Shown piece after piece: positions 19,414-28,925 of a DNA stretch of 64,000 nt. The DNA comes from Verrucomicrobiota bacterium. Its GTDB lineage: Bacteria > Verrucomicrobiota > Verrucomicrobiia > Limisphaerales > AAA164-E04. Within the stretch, counting starts at the first letter, position 1. The number at the start of each line of letters is the position of its first letter. Made by a program: the position numbers and the translations under genes. The notes beneath the pieces were generated by a model. The model had not been told where the DNA came from. It searched no databases and saw only the letters and a program-made list of their open reading frames with translations. The stretch spans positions 465 to 64,464 of the forward strand of contig JAQWLM010000067.1 in assembly GCA_029247315.1 (NCBI GenBank). Reading direction: 5' to 3'.

Positions 19414-21606
19414 ATGACCCGGGGGTGCCCAGCCAAGAGCAAGGAAAGCTTGTCCGGCCTCATTGAACGTGTGACGTTTTTCAATGAGGAATCCGGGTTT
19501 GTGGTTTTGCGAGTCAAGGTCACGGGACGTCGTGACCTTTTAACGCTGGTTGGAACGACCGTGTCCGCCAACGCAGGTGAGTGGGTCAAGGCTGAAGGCG
19601 TCTGGATACGGGATCGGGATCATGGCTTACAATTCAAGGCCGATCGCCTCATCTGCACCCCTCCGACCAATCTTGAAGGCATTGAGAAATATCTGGCTAG
19701 CGGCATGATTAAAGGCATTGGTCCTGTGTATGCCAAGAAGATGGTGTCCAAATTTGGTGAAACTATTTTTGACATCATAGAGTCGGCTTCAGCCAAACTG
19801 GAATCGATTGAAGGCATAGGACCAGGCCGTCGCCGCCAGATCAAGGACGCTTGGCAGGAACAGAAGGCCATTCGCAAGATCATGGTTTTTTTGCATTCCA
19901 ACGGTGTAAGCACAAGTCGGGCGGTGCGCATTTACAAGATTTATGGGGAAGAGGCCATTGATAGACTACAGGCTAATCCTTACATCCTAGCCAGGGATAT
20001 CCGCGGGATTGGTTTCAAAAGTGCAGATCAAATTGCTCGAAAACTTGGTATACCTGAAGATTCTCTGCATCGAGCACAGGCTGGCTTGAACCATATGCTG
20101 ATCGAGGCGTCTGGAAATGGGCACTGTGCCTTGCCCGAGGATTCCTTGATGGATCAAACCTGTGAATTGTTGTCTGTGGATTTATCCGTCGTGGCCCTCG
20201 GTCTTGAGAAAGCACTTGCGGATGGTGATGTGGAAAGAGATCCGATCAATGGAATGTCGCTGATTTTTCTTCCTGCACTCAAACAGGCAGAGGAAGCCAT
20301 TGCGGCCCGTATCGTCGCTTTGGCGGCAAAAGAGACACATTATCCACCCATTGACCTGGGTAAAGCGATCGAGTGGGTTCAGCAACGAAGCAAGATCCAG
20401 CTGGCAGCCTCCCAAATGGATGCCATTCGGGATGCCTTGCGCCATCGCGTGCTTGTCATCACAGGTGGTCCTGGCGTGGGTAAAACCACCGTTATTCGCT
20501 CCATCCTTCAAATCTTGCATGCCAAGAAGGTTTCTTTCGCCCTCTGTGCCCCGACCGGCCGGGCTGCCAAACGTCTTGCTGAATCGACGGGGCACGAGGC
20601 AAGGACGATTCACAGACTGCTCGAGGTGCATCCGGCAACGGGCCGGTTTAAGCATGATGAAACGACACCTCTTGAGCAAACTTTGTTGGTTGTGGATGAG
20701 TGCTCGATGGTGGATATCCCCCTGATGCACCACCTGCTCAGGGCTCTTCCATCGCATGGTCACCTTCTACTGGTTGGAGACGTGGATCAGCTTCCCTCGG
20801 TGGGGCCTGGATCGGTGCTCAGAGACTTGATTAACTGTGGTCATGCCCACGTGGTTCGCCTGCGTGAAATTTTCCGACAAGCTTCAGGAAGTCATATCAT
20901 TACCAATGCCCACCTCATCAATCAGGGGCAGATGCCGATGCTCGATGAGGAAGGCGGATTAACAGATTTTTATTTCATCGAGCGAGAGGAACCAGAGCGC
21001 GCTGCAGCTACTTTGGTGCAGGTGGTCAGGGAGAGGATTCCTTCCAAGTTTCGACTCAACCCCATTCTGGATATTCAGGTTCTTTGTCCCATGCACCGCG
21101 GTAGCCTGGGAGTGCGTGAGCTGAACATGACCCTTCAGAACGCTCTGAATCCATTACAAAAGGGTGATACTATCGTTGAAAAATTTGGATGGGAATTCCG
21201 CGTGGGTGACAAGGTAATCCAAACGGAAAACAATTATGATAAGGAGGTTTTTAACGGTGATATTGGACAGGTTTTTCGCATTGACTCCATGGACAAGGAG
21301 ATGACAGTGCGGTTTGACCAGCGTAAAGTCGTCTATGAATTCGGGGAACTGGATGAACTCTCACTGGCTTATGCGATCACCATTCACAAGTCCCAAGGCT
21401 CCGAGTTTCCTGTGGTGGTCATGCCGGTGGCCACCCAGCAGTTCATGCTGCTTCAGCGAAATCTGGTCTACACCGGCGTGACACGGGGCAAGCAGTTGGT
21501 CGTGGTGATCGGTCAAAAAAAGGCCTTGGCCATGGCCATCAAGAATGCAAGCAATGCCTTTCGTCATTCCGGGCTGCTTGAACGCTTGAAGCAAAAGAAT
21601 GCGTGA
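19414..21606 (+). CDS. recD2: ATP-dependent RecD2-like SF1B DNA helicase
   Basis: RecD2 N-terminus (LSGLIERVTFFNEESGFVVLRVKV), HhH region, Walker A ITGGPGVGKTT, Walker B LLVVDECSMVD, and ..AITIHKSQGSEFP... Confidence 0.9.
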   Translation: MTRGCPAKSKESLSGLIERVTFFNEESGFVVLRVKVTGRRDLLTLVGTTVSANAGEWVKAEGVWIRDRDHGLQFKADRLICTPPTNLEGIEKYLASGMIKGIGPVYAKKMVSKFGETIFDIIESASAKLESIEGIGPGRRRQIKDAWQEQKAIRKIMVFLHSNGVSTSRAVRIYKIYGEEAIDRLQANPYILARDIRGIGFKSADQIARKLGIPEDSLHRAQAGLNHMLIEASGNGHCALPEDSLMDQTCELLSVDLSVVALGLEKALADGDVERDPINGMSLIFLPALKQAEEAIAARIVALAAKETHYPPIDLGKAIEWVQQRSKIQLAASQMDAIRDALRHRVLVITGGPGVGKTTVIRSILQILHAKKVSFALCAPTGRAAKRLAESTGHEARTIHRLLEVHPATGRFKHDETTPLEQTLLVVDECSMVDIPLMHHLLRALPSHGHLLLVGDVDQLPSVGPGSVLRDLINCGHAHVVRLREIFRQASGSHIITNAHLINQGQMPMLDEEGGLTDFYFIEREEPERAAATLVQVVRERIPSKFRLNPILDIQVLCPMHRGSLGVRELNMTLQNALNPLQKGDTIVEKFGWEFRVGDKVIQTENNYDKEVFNGDIGQVFRIDSMDKEMTVRFDQRKVVYEFGELDELSLAYAITIHKSQGSEFPVVVMPVATQQFMLLQRNLVYTGVTRGKQLVVVIGQKKALAMAIKNASNAFRHSGLLERLKQKNA

Positions 21607-21655
21607 ACTCGGTGGGGCGGGAGTGTTTCTATCTTCAGCCCTTGTCCCTATTGGA

Positions 21656-22165
21656 CTAAGATTCCTCTGGTGGAAGCATGACGACTTTAAAACCCTCCCC
21701 TCCCTTGTTGGAAGCGTTCAGGTTGTCCAGCAGGCTGTGATGAGACGTCGTCTTTTCCGGAGCCATGGGAGGCTCCTGACTGGGCTGGGAGGTATCCGAT
21801 TGAATAGCGGTTCGAAGGGCTTCTTCAACCATGGTCGTGCAGTGGATTTTAGTGGGCGGTAGAGGACCAAGGTCTACTGCCAAATCGGCTCCAGACATCT
21901 GCATGGCCTCCTCGGCTGTTTTGCCTCGAATCAACTCCGTGGCCAGGCTGGCTGCGGCGATAGCCGTCTCACAGCCAAAGGACTGAAACGAAGCCTTGTC
22001 GATAACCTTTTTTCCATCCTTTTCCCTGAATTTGAGCCACATGCGGAGCATATCCCCGCAGCCGGCACCTCCAACGGTTCCAACCGCATCTGCGTCCTCC
22101 ATCTTACCAAGGTTTTTCGGGTTTCGAATGGCCTCCTCGATCTTTTTCTGAAATGTGTCTGACAT
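21656..22165 (-). CDS. iscU: IscU/NifU-N-type Fe-S cluster scaffold with C-terminal extension
   Basis: Motifs GTVGGAGCGDMLRMWLKF, SFQSFGCETAIAAAS and LPPTKIHCTTMVEEAL (three ligand Cys plus an LPPVK-like motif). Internal ATG at 22165 chosen. About 45 extra C-terminal residues. Confidence 0.8.
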   Translation of the reverse strand: MSDTFQKKIEEAIRNPKNLGKMEDADAVGTVGGAGCGDMLRMWLKFREKDGKKVIDKASFQSFGCETAIAAASLATELIRGKTAEEAMQMSGADLAVDLGPLPPTKIHCTTMVEEALRTAIQSDTSQPSQEPPMAPEKTTSHHSLLDNLNASNKGGEGFKVVMLPPEES

Positions 22166-22200
22166 GTTTCCGGATTTATGATTGGGGTGATTGGATTTGC

Positions 22201-22761
22201 TCAGGTCTTTGCGGGCTCCAGTCGATAGCGCGGCACCGATGCGTTTATTTCCCTGGACCAGGCATCGATTCCCCCTGCAAGGCACCTTACATTGCGGAAA
22301 CCCTGACCTTGAAAATAGGTTGCGGCGTCCAAGCTGTGTTGGCCTGTGTGGTCATAGATGACCAGCAAGTCTTCGCGCGGCCACTGACTGAGCATTTCCT
22401 GCATGGACTCTTGGGACATATGCACAGCACCTTGCAGTTTGACCGCCTCCCATTCCTCGCTCGTGCGGATATCTACCAGGCGGCATGTTTCATCAGACTG
22501 CAGAGTTTCGGAAACGGCTTGAGGTGTCATCATGACCTTAGAATCCTCGTTATGGCTTTCTTGGATCCTCAGGAGCACTTCCTCGGGGTCAAGATTCTCA
22601 TTGCGCAGGCAGAGAGCCTTCAGGTCTTCATCCGGATCAAAGGCACAACTTGCACAACCTCCGATGTGGTAGTGACGAAACAAGGCCCGCTGTGCCCAAG
22701 GAAAGGCATCCAATACTGCGCGCATCGTTGATTGAGGGGTGATATTGGGCTGAGAAGTCAT
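22201..22761 (-). CDS. DUF1858 (redox-disulfide-like) domain fused to a rhodanese-homology domain lacking the catalytic Cys
   Basis: N-terminus TMRAVLDAFPWAQRALFRHYHIGGCASCAF. Rhodanese fold LVDIRTSEEWEAVKLQGAVHM..LLVIYDHTGQHSLDAATYF..LAGGIDAW. The active-site position reads D, not C. Confidence 0.75.
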   Translation of the reverse strand: MTSQPNITPQSTMRAVLDAFPWAQRALFRHYHIGGCASCAFDPDEDLKALCLRNENLDPEEVLLRIQESHNEDSKVMMTPQAVSETLQSDETCRLVDIRTSEEWEAVKLQGAVHMSQESMQEMLSQWPREDLLVIYDHTGQHSLDAATYFQGQGFRNVRCLAGGIDAWSREINASVPRYRLEPAKT

Positions 22762-22808
22762 TGTGGAATGGTGGAGAATGTTTTCTGGGTATGAGAGTGG
22801 ATTTACGC

Positions 22809-24056
22809 TTAGCCATGATCCCCGAACCGTTTCTGAATGCGTTCAAGAATTTCCAGGCAACGATCGATTTCATCGACATGGTTGTAAAAATAAAAACTAG
22901 CCCTGGCGGTGCCACTGACGCCAAGTTTTTTCATCAATGGTTGTGTGCAGTGATGACCTCCACGCAAGGCGACACCTTTTTGATCTGCAAGCGTGACGAT
23001 GTCATGGGAATGGATGCCTTCCATGAAGAAGCTTACCAGGCCGGCTCTTTTTTCCTTGGGACCGAAAAGAAGCGTTCCGGGAAACCTTGATATTTCTCGG
23101 TAAAAGTAATCTGCCAACTTGGCGTCGTGTTCCCAAATGACTTCTCGTCCGATGCTGTCGACGTAGTCCATGGCCGCGGCAAGTCCCACTGCACCTGCCA
23201 TGTTCACCGTGCCTGCTTCAAACTTGTGGGGTGGATCCTTGTATACCGATCCACTGAAGTCCACCTCTGCAATCATCTCTCCGCCTCCATGGTAAGGTGG
23301 CAGTTCATCCAGTAGATCGCCTTTGGCGTAGAGGGCTCCGATACCGGTTGGTCCACATATCTTGTGGCCGGAAAAGGCAAGGAAATCGCAGTCAATATCT
23401 TGAACGTCAACGGGTTGATGCCCGACGCTTTGAGCGCCATCGATGATACTGATTGCGCCAACTGACCGGGCCTTTGCACAAAGGTCTTTCACCGGGTTGA
23501 CAGTTCCAAGACTGTTTGAAATGTGTACGCAGCTAAAGATCTTTACATCCGACGTGAGCATTCCATCCAGCCGATCAAGGCCGAGGTTTCCCTCACGATC
23601 CTCAACGGGAAGATAGAGCAGTTCAGCACCGGTACGTTGCGCAATCAATTGCCATGGTACCATATTGCTGTGATGTTCCATCTCCGTGATGAGCACCTTG
23701 TCCCCCGGTTTCAAAATGGATTCCGCCAGGCATGAAGCCACTAGGTTGATGGACTCGGTGGTGCCTCGAGTAAAGACGATCTCCCGGGCGCTTCTTGCAT
23801 TCACAAACCGGGCTGTGCGTTCGCGTGCTGACTCATAGGCCAGCGTGGCACGGTTGCTGAGTTCATGGATGCCACGGTGCACGTTCGCGTTATCATGCTC
23901 GTAGTAGCTTTTGATAGCCTCGACCACAGTGCGCGGTTTCTGGCTGGTCGCGGCGTTATCAAGGTAGATCAATGGATGTCCGTTGATCTTCTGGTCAAGG
24001 ATTGGAAAATCCTTGCGAGTGCGTGACCCCAGTAAACCGGTTGAAGTGTTTGTCAT
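22809..24056 (-). CDS. sufS: Cysteine desulfurase SufS (class V aminotransferase, group II)
   Basis: Motifs ..IYLDNAATSQKP.., ..HHSNMVPWQ.., ..SGHKICGPTGIGALY.. (PLP Lys), and ..RGGHHCTQP.. (catalytic Cys loop). ATG at 24056 chosen to avoid overlap with sufT. Confidence 0.9.
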   Translation of the reverse strand: MTNTSTGLLGSRTRKDFPILDQKINGHPLIYLDNAATSQKPRTVVEAIKSYYEHDNANVHRGIHELSNRATLAYESARERTARFVNARSAREIVFTRGTTESINLVASCLAESILKPGDKVLITEMEHHSNMVPWQLIAQRTGAELLYLPVEDREGNLGLDRLDGMLTSDVKIFSCVHISNSLGTVNPVKDLCAKARSVGAISIIDGAQSVGHQPVDVQDIDCDFLAFSGHKICGPTGIGALYAKGDLLDELPPYHGGGEMIAEVDFSGSVYKDPPHKFEAGTVNMAGAVGLAAAMDYVDSIGREVIWEHDAKLADYFYREISRFPGTLLFGPKEKRAGLVSFFMEGIHSHDIVTLADQKGVALRGGHHCTQPLMKKLGVSGTARASFYFYNHVDEIDRCLEILERIQKRFGDHG

Positions 24057-24079
24057 TTCGTGCTGCACGGTATGCAAGC

Positions 24080-24640
24080 TCACATCAGGCCAAGTTGCAG
24101 TTTGGCTGCCTCGGTCATCATGCCCTGGTTCCACTGTGGTTCCCAAACCAACTCGACGTCTGCCTCAGCGACATCCTCGATACACATGATCTTGTTTTGT
24201 ACATCCTGTTGAATCATGGGGCCCATGCCACAACCTGGAGCTGTAAGGGTCATCTTGACCATGACGTGAAAGTCATCGTCTCCTTCAGCCTCGGTGACCA
24301 CGCAGTCGTAAATCAGCCCGAGATCAACGACATTCACAGGTATTTCAGGATCGAAGCAGGTTTTCATTTGTTCCCACACCCGTGTTTCCACCTCTTCCGT
24401 GTTGGCCTTCTCTCCCTCTGCAGAGGCGCGGACACGCGCATCGCTGACTTCCTTCCCCAAGGCATCGGCGTCACTGCCCTGAATGCGGAACATGTTGCCA
24501 TTGACCACCACCGTGAAGGAGCCCCCAAGCTCCTGAGTAATGGTGGCGGATTCCCCTTTCACGAGGGTTACGGCGTCCCCGGCCGGCACGATGGCAGCCT
24601 CGACGTCGCGTTTGAGTTCGATAGACTCCTGATGATGCAT
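24080..24640 (-). CDS. sufT: Fe-S assembly protein SufT (DUF59/MIP18 domain with N-terminal extension)
   Basis: Motifs ..VWEQMKTCFDPEIPVNVVDLGLIY.., ..MTLTAPGCGMGP.., ..WEPQWNQGMMTEAA... Positioned between sufD and sufS. Confidence 0.8.
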   Translation of the reverse strand: MHHQESIELKRDVEAAIVPAGDAVTLVKGESATITQELGGSFTVVVNGNMFRIQGSDADALGKEVSDARVRASAEGEKANTEEVETRVWEQMKTCFDPEIPVNVVDLGLIYDCVVTEAEGDDDFHVMVKMTLTAPGCGMGPMIQQDVQNKIMCIEDVAEADVELVWEPQWNQGMMTEAAKLQLGLM

Positions 24641-24659
24641 GGAATATTTAAAGTTTGTT

Positions 24660-26015
24660 TTACTGTCTTTCAGTCAACCTGAAGTTTGAAAAATTCTCCA
24701 GTCGATTCCAGACGATTTGGTTCAGTTCAGCACCGATTGCCTGGTGCTCAATCCTGTCTGTGATTTCTCCCGCAAAGGCATGCACGAGCATGCGCTGTGC
24801 CACCGGCTTGGGTATGCCCCTGCTGCGAAGGTAATAAATGGCCTCCTCATCCAGTTGCCCAATGGTTGCCCCGTGGGTGCATTTAACGTCGTCGGCGTAT
24901 ATCTCAAGCTGAGGCTTGGTGTCGACCGTGGCGTCGTTGGAGAGTAGCAGATTCTTGCTTGTTTGTTTAGCGTCAGTCTTCTGGGCGATTTGTTGAACGA
25001 GAATGCGACCATGAAATACCGCTCGTGCGTGATCGTCGAGAATGCCGTTGAAATATTCATGACTTTCACCATGTGGTTGAGCGTGTTCAACAATCATGTG
25101 GTTGTCTGCCAATTGATGCCCATCCGCAAGGTTGAGTCCATTGAGGACACAGGCAAGCCCTTCGCCGTCCAGCTTTGTGCGAATGGTGTTTCGGTTGATG
25201 CGCCCTCCCATGGTCAGGTAGTGGGATCGGAAACGGGCCGCGCGCCCCATGTGTACGTAGATGCTTGCCATGTGAAATGCCTTCTGCGATTCCTCCTGAA
25301 CTTTCACATGCTCAATCCTTGCTTCAGGATCGACAACGAACTCGGTGGTTGGTGCGTTGAGATAACAGGCGTCATTCAATCCATGATGCGATTCCAGTAT
25401 CGTGCAGTTTGACAATGTTTCCGCATGGATGACGAAACGGGGAAAAATACCCTTTCCTTCAGCATTTCCACTTGAAAGATGGATGATCTGGATTGGGGTG
25501 TCGACATGGCATTTCCTGGGCAAGTGCAGGTATAGTCCATCCTTGAAGTAAGCGCTGTTCAATGCTGCGAAGGGATTGTCATTTTGGTAGGAACAGTTTC
25601 CAAGGTGCCTTTCGAGCTCAGCGTGATGGGTTTTGAGTGCCTCGTGCAAGGGGAGGGCGATCGCTTCGGCGGGAAGGGCGGACAGGTCTGAGCTCTCCTG
25701 CTGGTATCGGCCGTCCAGGAACACCAGTCGAATCGTTGATTGTTCCTTCAAGGGGTAGGCTACGTTTACCAAGGTCCGGTTGTCCAATTTCTCAGCAGCC
25801 GTCATCGGCAGGAAGGCCATTTGGCGGATGGGATCGATATTGGTGAAACGCCAATCTTCATCGTTCAGGGTGGGTAACCCCGTCTTGGCGTACTGTGCGA
25901 TTCCCGCCTTACGAAAGGGAAGAAGCCATGCTGAGGAAGGCGTCATTGCCCTTTCCTCGGCATCAAATGCCTCCAGCCACTGGTCATTTTCCTTGATCTG
26001 TTCTGTTTCAGTCAT
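24660..26015 (-). CDS. sufD: Fe-S cluster assembly protein SufD
   Basis: The SufBD beta-helix C-terminal region (..TKPQLEIYADDVKCTHGATIGQLDEEAIYYLRSRGI..) follows sufC. Internal ATG at 26015 (MTETEQ..) chosen. Confidence 0.88.
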   Translation of the reverse strand: MTETEQIKENDQWLEAFDAEERAMTPSSAWLLPFRKAGIAQYAKTGLPTLNDEDWRFTNIDPIRQMAFLPMTAAEKLDNRTLVNVAYPLKEQSTIRLVFLDGRYQQESSDLSALPAEAIALPLHEALKTHHAELERHLGNCSYQNDNPFAALNSAYFKDGLYLHLPRKCHVDTPIQIIHLSSGNAEGKGIFPRFVIHAETLSNCTILESHHGLNDACYLNAPTTEFVVDPEARIEHVKVQEESQKAFHMASIYVHMGRAARFRSHYLTMGGRINRNTIRTKLDGEGLACVLNGLNLADGHQLADNHMIVEHAQPHGESHEYFNGILDDHARAVFHGRILVQQIAQKTDAKQTSKNLLLSNDATVDTKPQLEIYADDVKCTHGATIGQLDEEAIYYLRSRGIPKPVAQRMLVHAFAGEITDRIEHQAIGAELNQIVWNRLENFSNFRLTERQ

Positions 26016-26038
26016 GACACCATTCAGGAAATTTGTTT

Positions 26039-26812
26039 TCACGCTGTTTGAGCGGCCTCTTGGATCACCCAATCGTAGCCCTTGTCTTCGAGCTCGAGTG
26101 CCAGTTCCTTGGGGCCAGTTTTGATAATACGACCGTCGTGAAGCACATGTACGACGTCCGGAACGATGTAATCCAGCAGTCGTTGATAATGGGTGATGAC
26201 CAGTTGTGCCGTGTTGGGATTGCGCAGGCGGTTCACGCCATTGGCCACAACCTTCAAGGCATCAATATCCAAACCCGAGTCCGTCTCGTCCAGAACGGCC
26301 ATGATGGGTTCCAGTGCGGCCATTTGGAAAATTTCGTTGCGCTTCTTTTCCCCACCCGAGAAACCCACATTCAGGGAACGCTTGAGAAAGTCTCCCGGCA
26401 GGTCGAGTAATTTTGCTTTTGTTTTGATATACTTCAGAAATTCCACGGCATCCAATTCCTTTTCGCCTCGTGCCTTTCGCATTTCGTTGATTGCGGACTT
26501 GAGGAAATAGGTGGTATTCACGCCTGGAATCTCCACCGGGTATTGGAATGCCAGAAAAAGGCCCAGGTGTGCTCGCTTGTCCGGTTCAAGTTCCAGCAGA
26601 TCCTGCCCCTTGAATGCGATGGTACCCTCGCTTATTTCGTAACCCTCGCGACCTGCAATGACAGATGCGAGCGTACTTTTTCCGCTGCCATTTGGCCCCA
26701 TGATGGCATGGACTTCACCGGCGTGGACCTGCAGGTCGATGCCATTCAGGATGGCTCGCCCCTCAACACCAGCTTTCAAGTTTCTGATCTCTAACAATGG
26801 TTGATTTGACAT
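26039..26812 (-). CDS. sufC: Fe-S cluster assembly ATPase SufC
   Basis: Walker A GPNGSGKST, ABC signature FSGGEKKR, Walker B AVLDETDSGLD, and the typical SufC N-terminus LEIRNL. Confidence 0.95.
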   Translation of the reverse strand: MSNQPLLEIRNLKAGVEGRAILNGIDLQVHAGEVHAIMGPNGSGKSTLASVIAGREGYEISEGTIAFKGQDLLELEPDKRAHLGLFLAFQYPVEIPGVNTTYFLKSAINEMRKARGEKELDAVEFLKYIKTKAKLLDLPGDFLKRSLNVGFSGGEKKRNEIFQMAALEPIMAVLDETDSGLDIDALKVVANGVNRLRNPNTAQLVITHYQRLLDYIVPDVVHVLHDGRIIKTGPKELALELEDKGYDWVIQEAAQTA

Positions 26813-26854
26813 AGTTTAAACTGCGTTTCTTGCTTCCTTTTTCCCGCTCAAGGG

Positions 26855-28303
26855 TTACCCAACACTGCCTTCGAGACTCACACCGAGAAGTTTTTGAGCT
26901 TCAACGGCAAATTCCATAGGGAGTTCCCGAAAGACCTCTTTGCAGAACCCATTCACAATCATGTTCACCGCGTCCTGGTTGGATATGCCTCGTTGGTTGC
27001 AGTAGAAGATCTGGTCTTCACCTATTTTGCTCGTGGTGGCCTCATGTTCGACACTTGAGCTTGTGTTCTTGACTTCAATATAAGGGAAAGTATGGGCTCC
27101 ACACTGGTCGCCGATCAGTAGGGAATCGCATTGGGAAAAATTACGTGCGTTTTCAGCTGATTTGCGTACCTGCACCAGACCGCGATAGCTGTTCTGTCCC
27201 TTTCCAGCGGATATGCCTTTGGAAATAATGGTGCTTCGTGTGTTTTTCCCGACATGGATCATCTTGGTGCCGGTATCCGCCTGTTGACGATTATTGGTGA
27301 GGGCAACAGAATAGAATTCACCAATGCTGTTTTCGCCCTGAAGCACGCAACTTGGATACTTCCATGTGATTGCCGAGCCGGTCTCCACCTGGGTCCATGA
27401 GATTTTGGAGTTTCTCCCCTTGCACAAGCCTCTCTTGGTGACGAAATTATAAATGCCTCCTTTACCCTCTTCATCACCAGGATACCAGTTTTGCACCGTG
27501 GAGTATTTAATTTCTGAATCGTCCAATGTCACCAGTTCCACGACCGCTGCATGGAGTTGGTTTTCATCACGCATGGGTGCTGTGCACCCCTCAAGATAAC
27601 TCACATAGCTGCTTTCCTCTGCCACGATGAGTGTGCGTTCAAATTGTCCGGACTTGGCTGCGTTGATCCTGAAATAAGTGGAGAGTTCCATGGGGCAGCG
27701 AACGCCCTTGGGAATAAAGACAAATGATCCGTCACTGAAAACGGCAGCATTGAGTGCCGCATAATAATTATCGGTGTAAGGCACGACGCTGCCCAGGTAT
27801 TTACGGACTAGATCTGGATGTTTTTGAATCGCTTCGGACATGGGGCAAAAAATAATACCCTTCTCCGCGAGTGTCTCCTGATAGGTTGTTCCGACGGAAA
27901 CACTGTCAAAGACAGCATCCACCGCTACGCCTGCGAGGCGTGCGCGCTCATGCAGCGGAATCCCGAGCTTTTCGTAGGTTTCAAGCAATTTAGGATCCAC
28001 CTCATCCAGGCTCTTGGGTCCATCACTCTTACTCTTGGGTGCTGAATAGTAAACGATGTCCTGAAAATCCACGGGTGGATAATGCACTTGCGGCCATGTT
28101 GGCGGGGTCATCTGTTGCCAGTATCGGAATGCCTTGAGGCGCCATTGGAGCATGAATTCAGGCTCCTTCTTCTTGGCGGATATAAACCTTACAATGTCCT
28201 CGCTCAGTCCGGGAGGTGCTGAATCGGATTCAATGTCGGTGACAAAACCGTATTTGTACTCGCTTTTGACAAATCCCTCGATGGTTTCTGTTGCGCTGCT
28301 CAT
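26855..28303 (-). CDS. sufB: Fe-S cluster assembly protein SufB
   Basis: 482 aa. Motifs ..YKYGF.., ..[10 protein letters not shown].., ..EGCTAP.., ..[21 protein letters not shown].. and ..[11 protein letters not shown].. are highly conserved SufB blocks. Confidence 0.95.
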   Translation of the reverse strand: MSSATETIEGFVKSEYKYGFVTDIESDSAPPGLSEDIVRFISAKKKEPEFMLQWRLKAFRYWQQMTPPTWPQVHYPPVDFQDIVYYSAPKSKSDGPKSLDEVDPKLLETYEKLGIPLHERARLAGVAVDAVFDSVSVGTTYQETLAEKGIIFCPMSEAIQKHPDLVRKYLGSVVPYTDNYYAALNAAVFSDGSFVFIPKGVRCPMELSTYFRINAAKSGQFERTLIVAEESSYVSYLEGCTAPMRDENQLHAAVVELVTLDDSEIKYSTVQNWYPGDEEGKGGIYNFVTKRGLCKGRNSKISWTQVETGSAITWKYPSCVLQGENSIGEFYSVALTNNRQQADTGTKMIHVGKNTRSTIISKGISAGKGQNSYRGLVQVRKSAENARNFSQCDSLLIGDQCGAHTFPYIEVKNTSSSVEHEATTSKIGEDQIFYCNQRGISNQDAVNMIVNGFCKEVFRELPMEFAVEAQKLLGVSLEGSVG

Positions 28304-28410
28304 CTTTTTTATTCAAATAATCCTGTCAATGCATTTTGAGTCACCCCGATGGGGGGAGGGTTTTTTACTCAGTGGTGTTGCAATGGTCTTTTCCCCCATA
28401 GCAAGGAGGT

Positions 28411-28920
28411 TTACCGACGGCTTCGGTTCGGACACTCAAGCGGATTGCTGCAGTGTCCTCGGATGGAGATGTCCACTTGGGTTGGAACCAACCCTCTTGG
28501 GATCTTTACGGGAAGGTCGCCTTTACCATTCTTGTAGTCCACATCATGGACATTGCCACATTCTTCACAGAAAAAATGACAATGGTTCTTGAGGTTGGAG
28601 CAATAACGGGTGGCCGACCTTTCCACATTGACCTGCTTGATAAGGCCACATTTTACCAATGCGTCCAAGGTATTGTAGACCGTGGCCATCGCAATCTCCG
28701 GCATGTCTGCCTTGACCCTCAAATAGACATCATCTGCCGTTGGATGATCTGTCTGGTTCAACAGCGTCTGGTAGACATGCTCGCGCTGAGTCGTCATTCT
28801 CAGACCGCTGTGGGCCAATGATCTGGCAAGGTCTTTCTGCTCCTTTGCTTTCGAGTGCTCTATTTTCACGGCTGGACTCAAATTAGCGCCTGTCTTCAGG
28901 ATGTCAATATTTAGAATCAT
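28411..28920 (-). CDS. Fur-family metalloregulator (Fur/PerR/Zur type) heading the suf operon
   Basis: Motifs ..GLRMTTQREHVYQTL..HPTADDVY..ATVYNTLDALVKCGLI.., and ..HCHFFCEECGNVHDV... An alternative in-frame GTG start exists at 28869. Confidence 0.85.
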   Translation of the reverse strand: MILNIDILKTGANLSPAVKIEHSKAKEQKDLARSLAHSGLRMTTQREHVYQTLLNQTDHPTADDVYLRVKADMPEIAMATVYNTLDALVKCGLIKQVNVERSATRYCSNLKNHCHFFCEECGNVHDVDYKNGKGDLPVKIPRGLVPTQVDISIRGHCSNPLECPNRSRR

Positions 28921-28925
28921 TCTAA
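28911..28925 (-). promoter_or_regulatory. Perfect 7-1-7 inverted repeat TTAGAAT-C-ATTCTAA, candidate Fur/PerR-type operator
   Basis: Read directly from the sequence. It overlaps the ATG at 28918-28920, and would lie 42-56 nt upstream if the GTG at 28869 is the real start. One mismatch per half-site to the B. subtilis PerR-box model TTATAATNATTATAA. Confidence 0.45.

Noticed and set aside
28309-28329. Possible Fur box or promoter in front of sufB (ttattcaaataa palindrome at 28309-28320; TTGACA-like hexamer on the minus strand at 28324-28329)
   Set aside because: The palindrome is only an AT-rich 5-2-5 repeat with no resemblance to the 7-1-7 box at 28911. The TTGACA lies only about 21 nt from the ATG and has no matching -10 hexamer.
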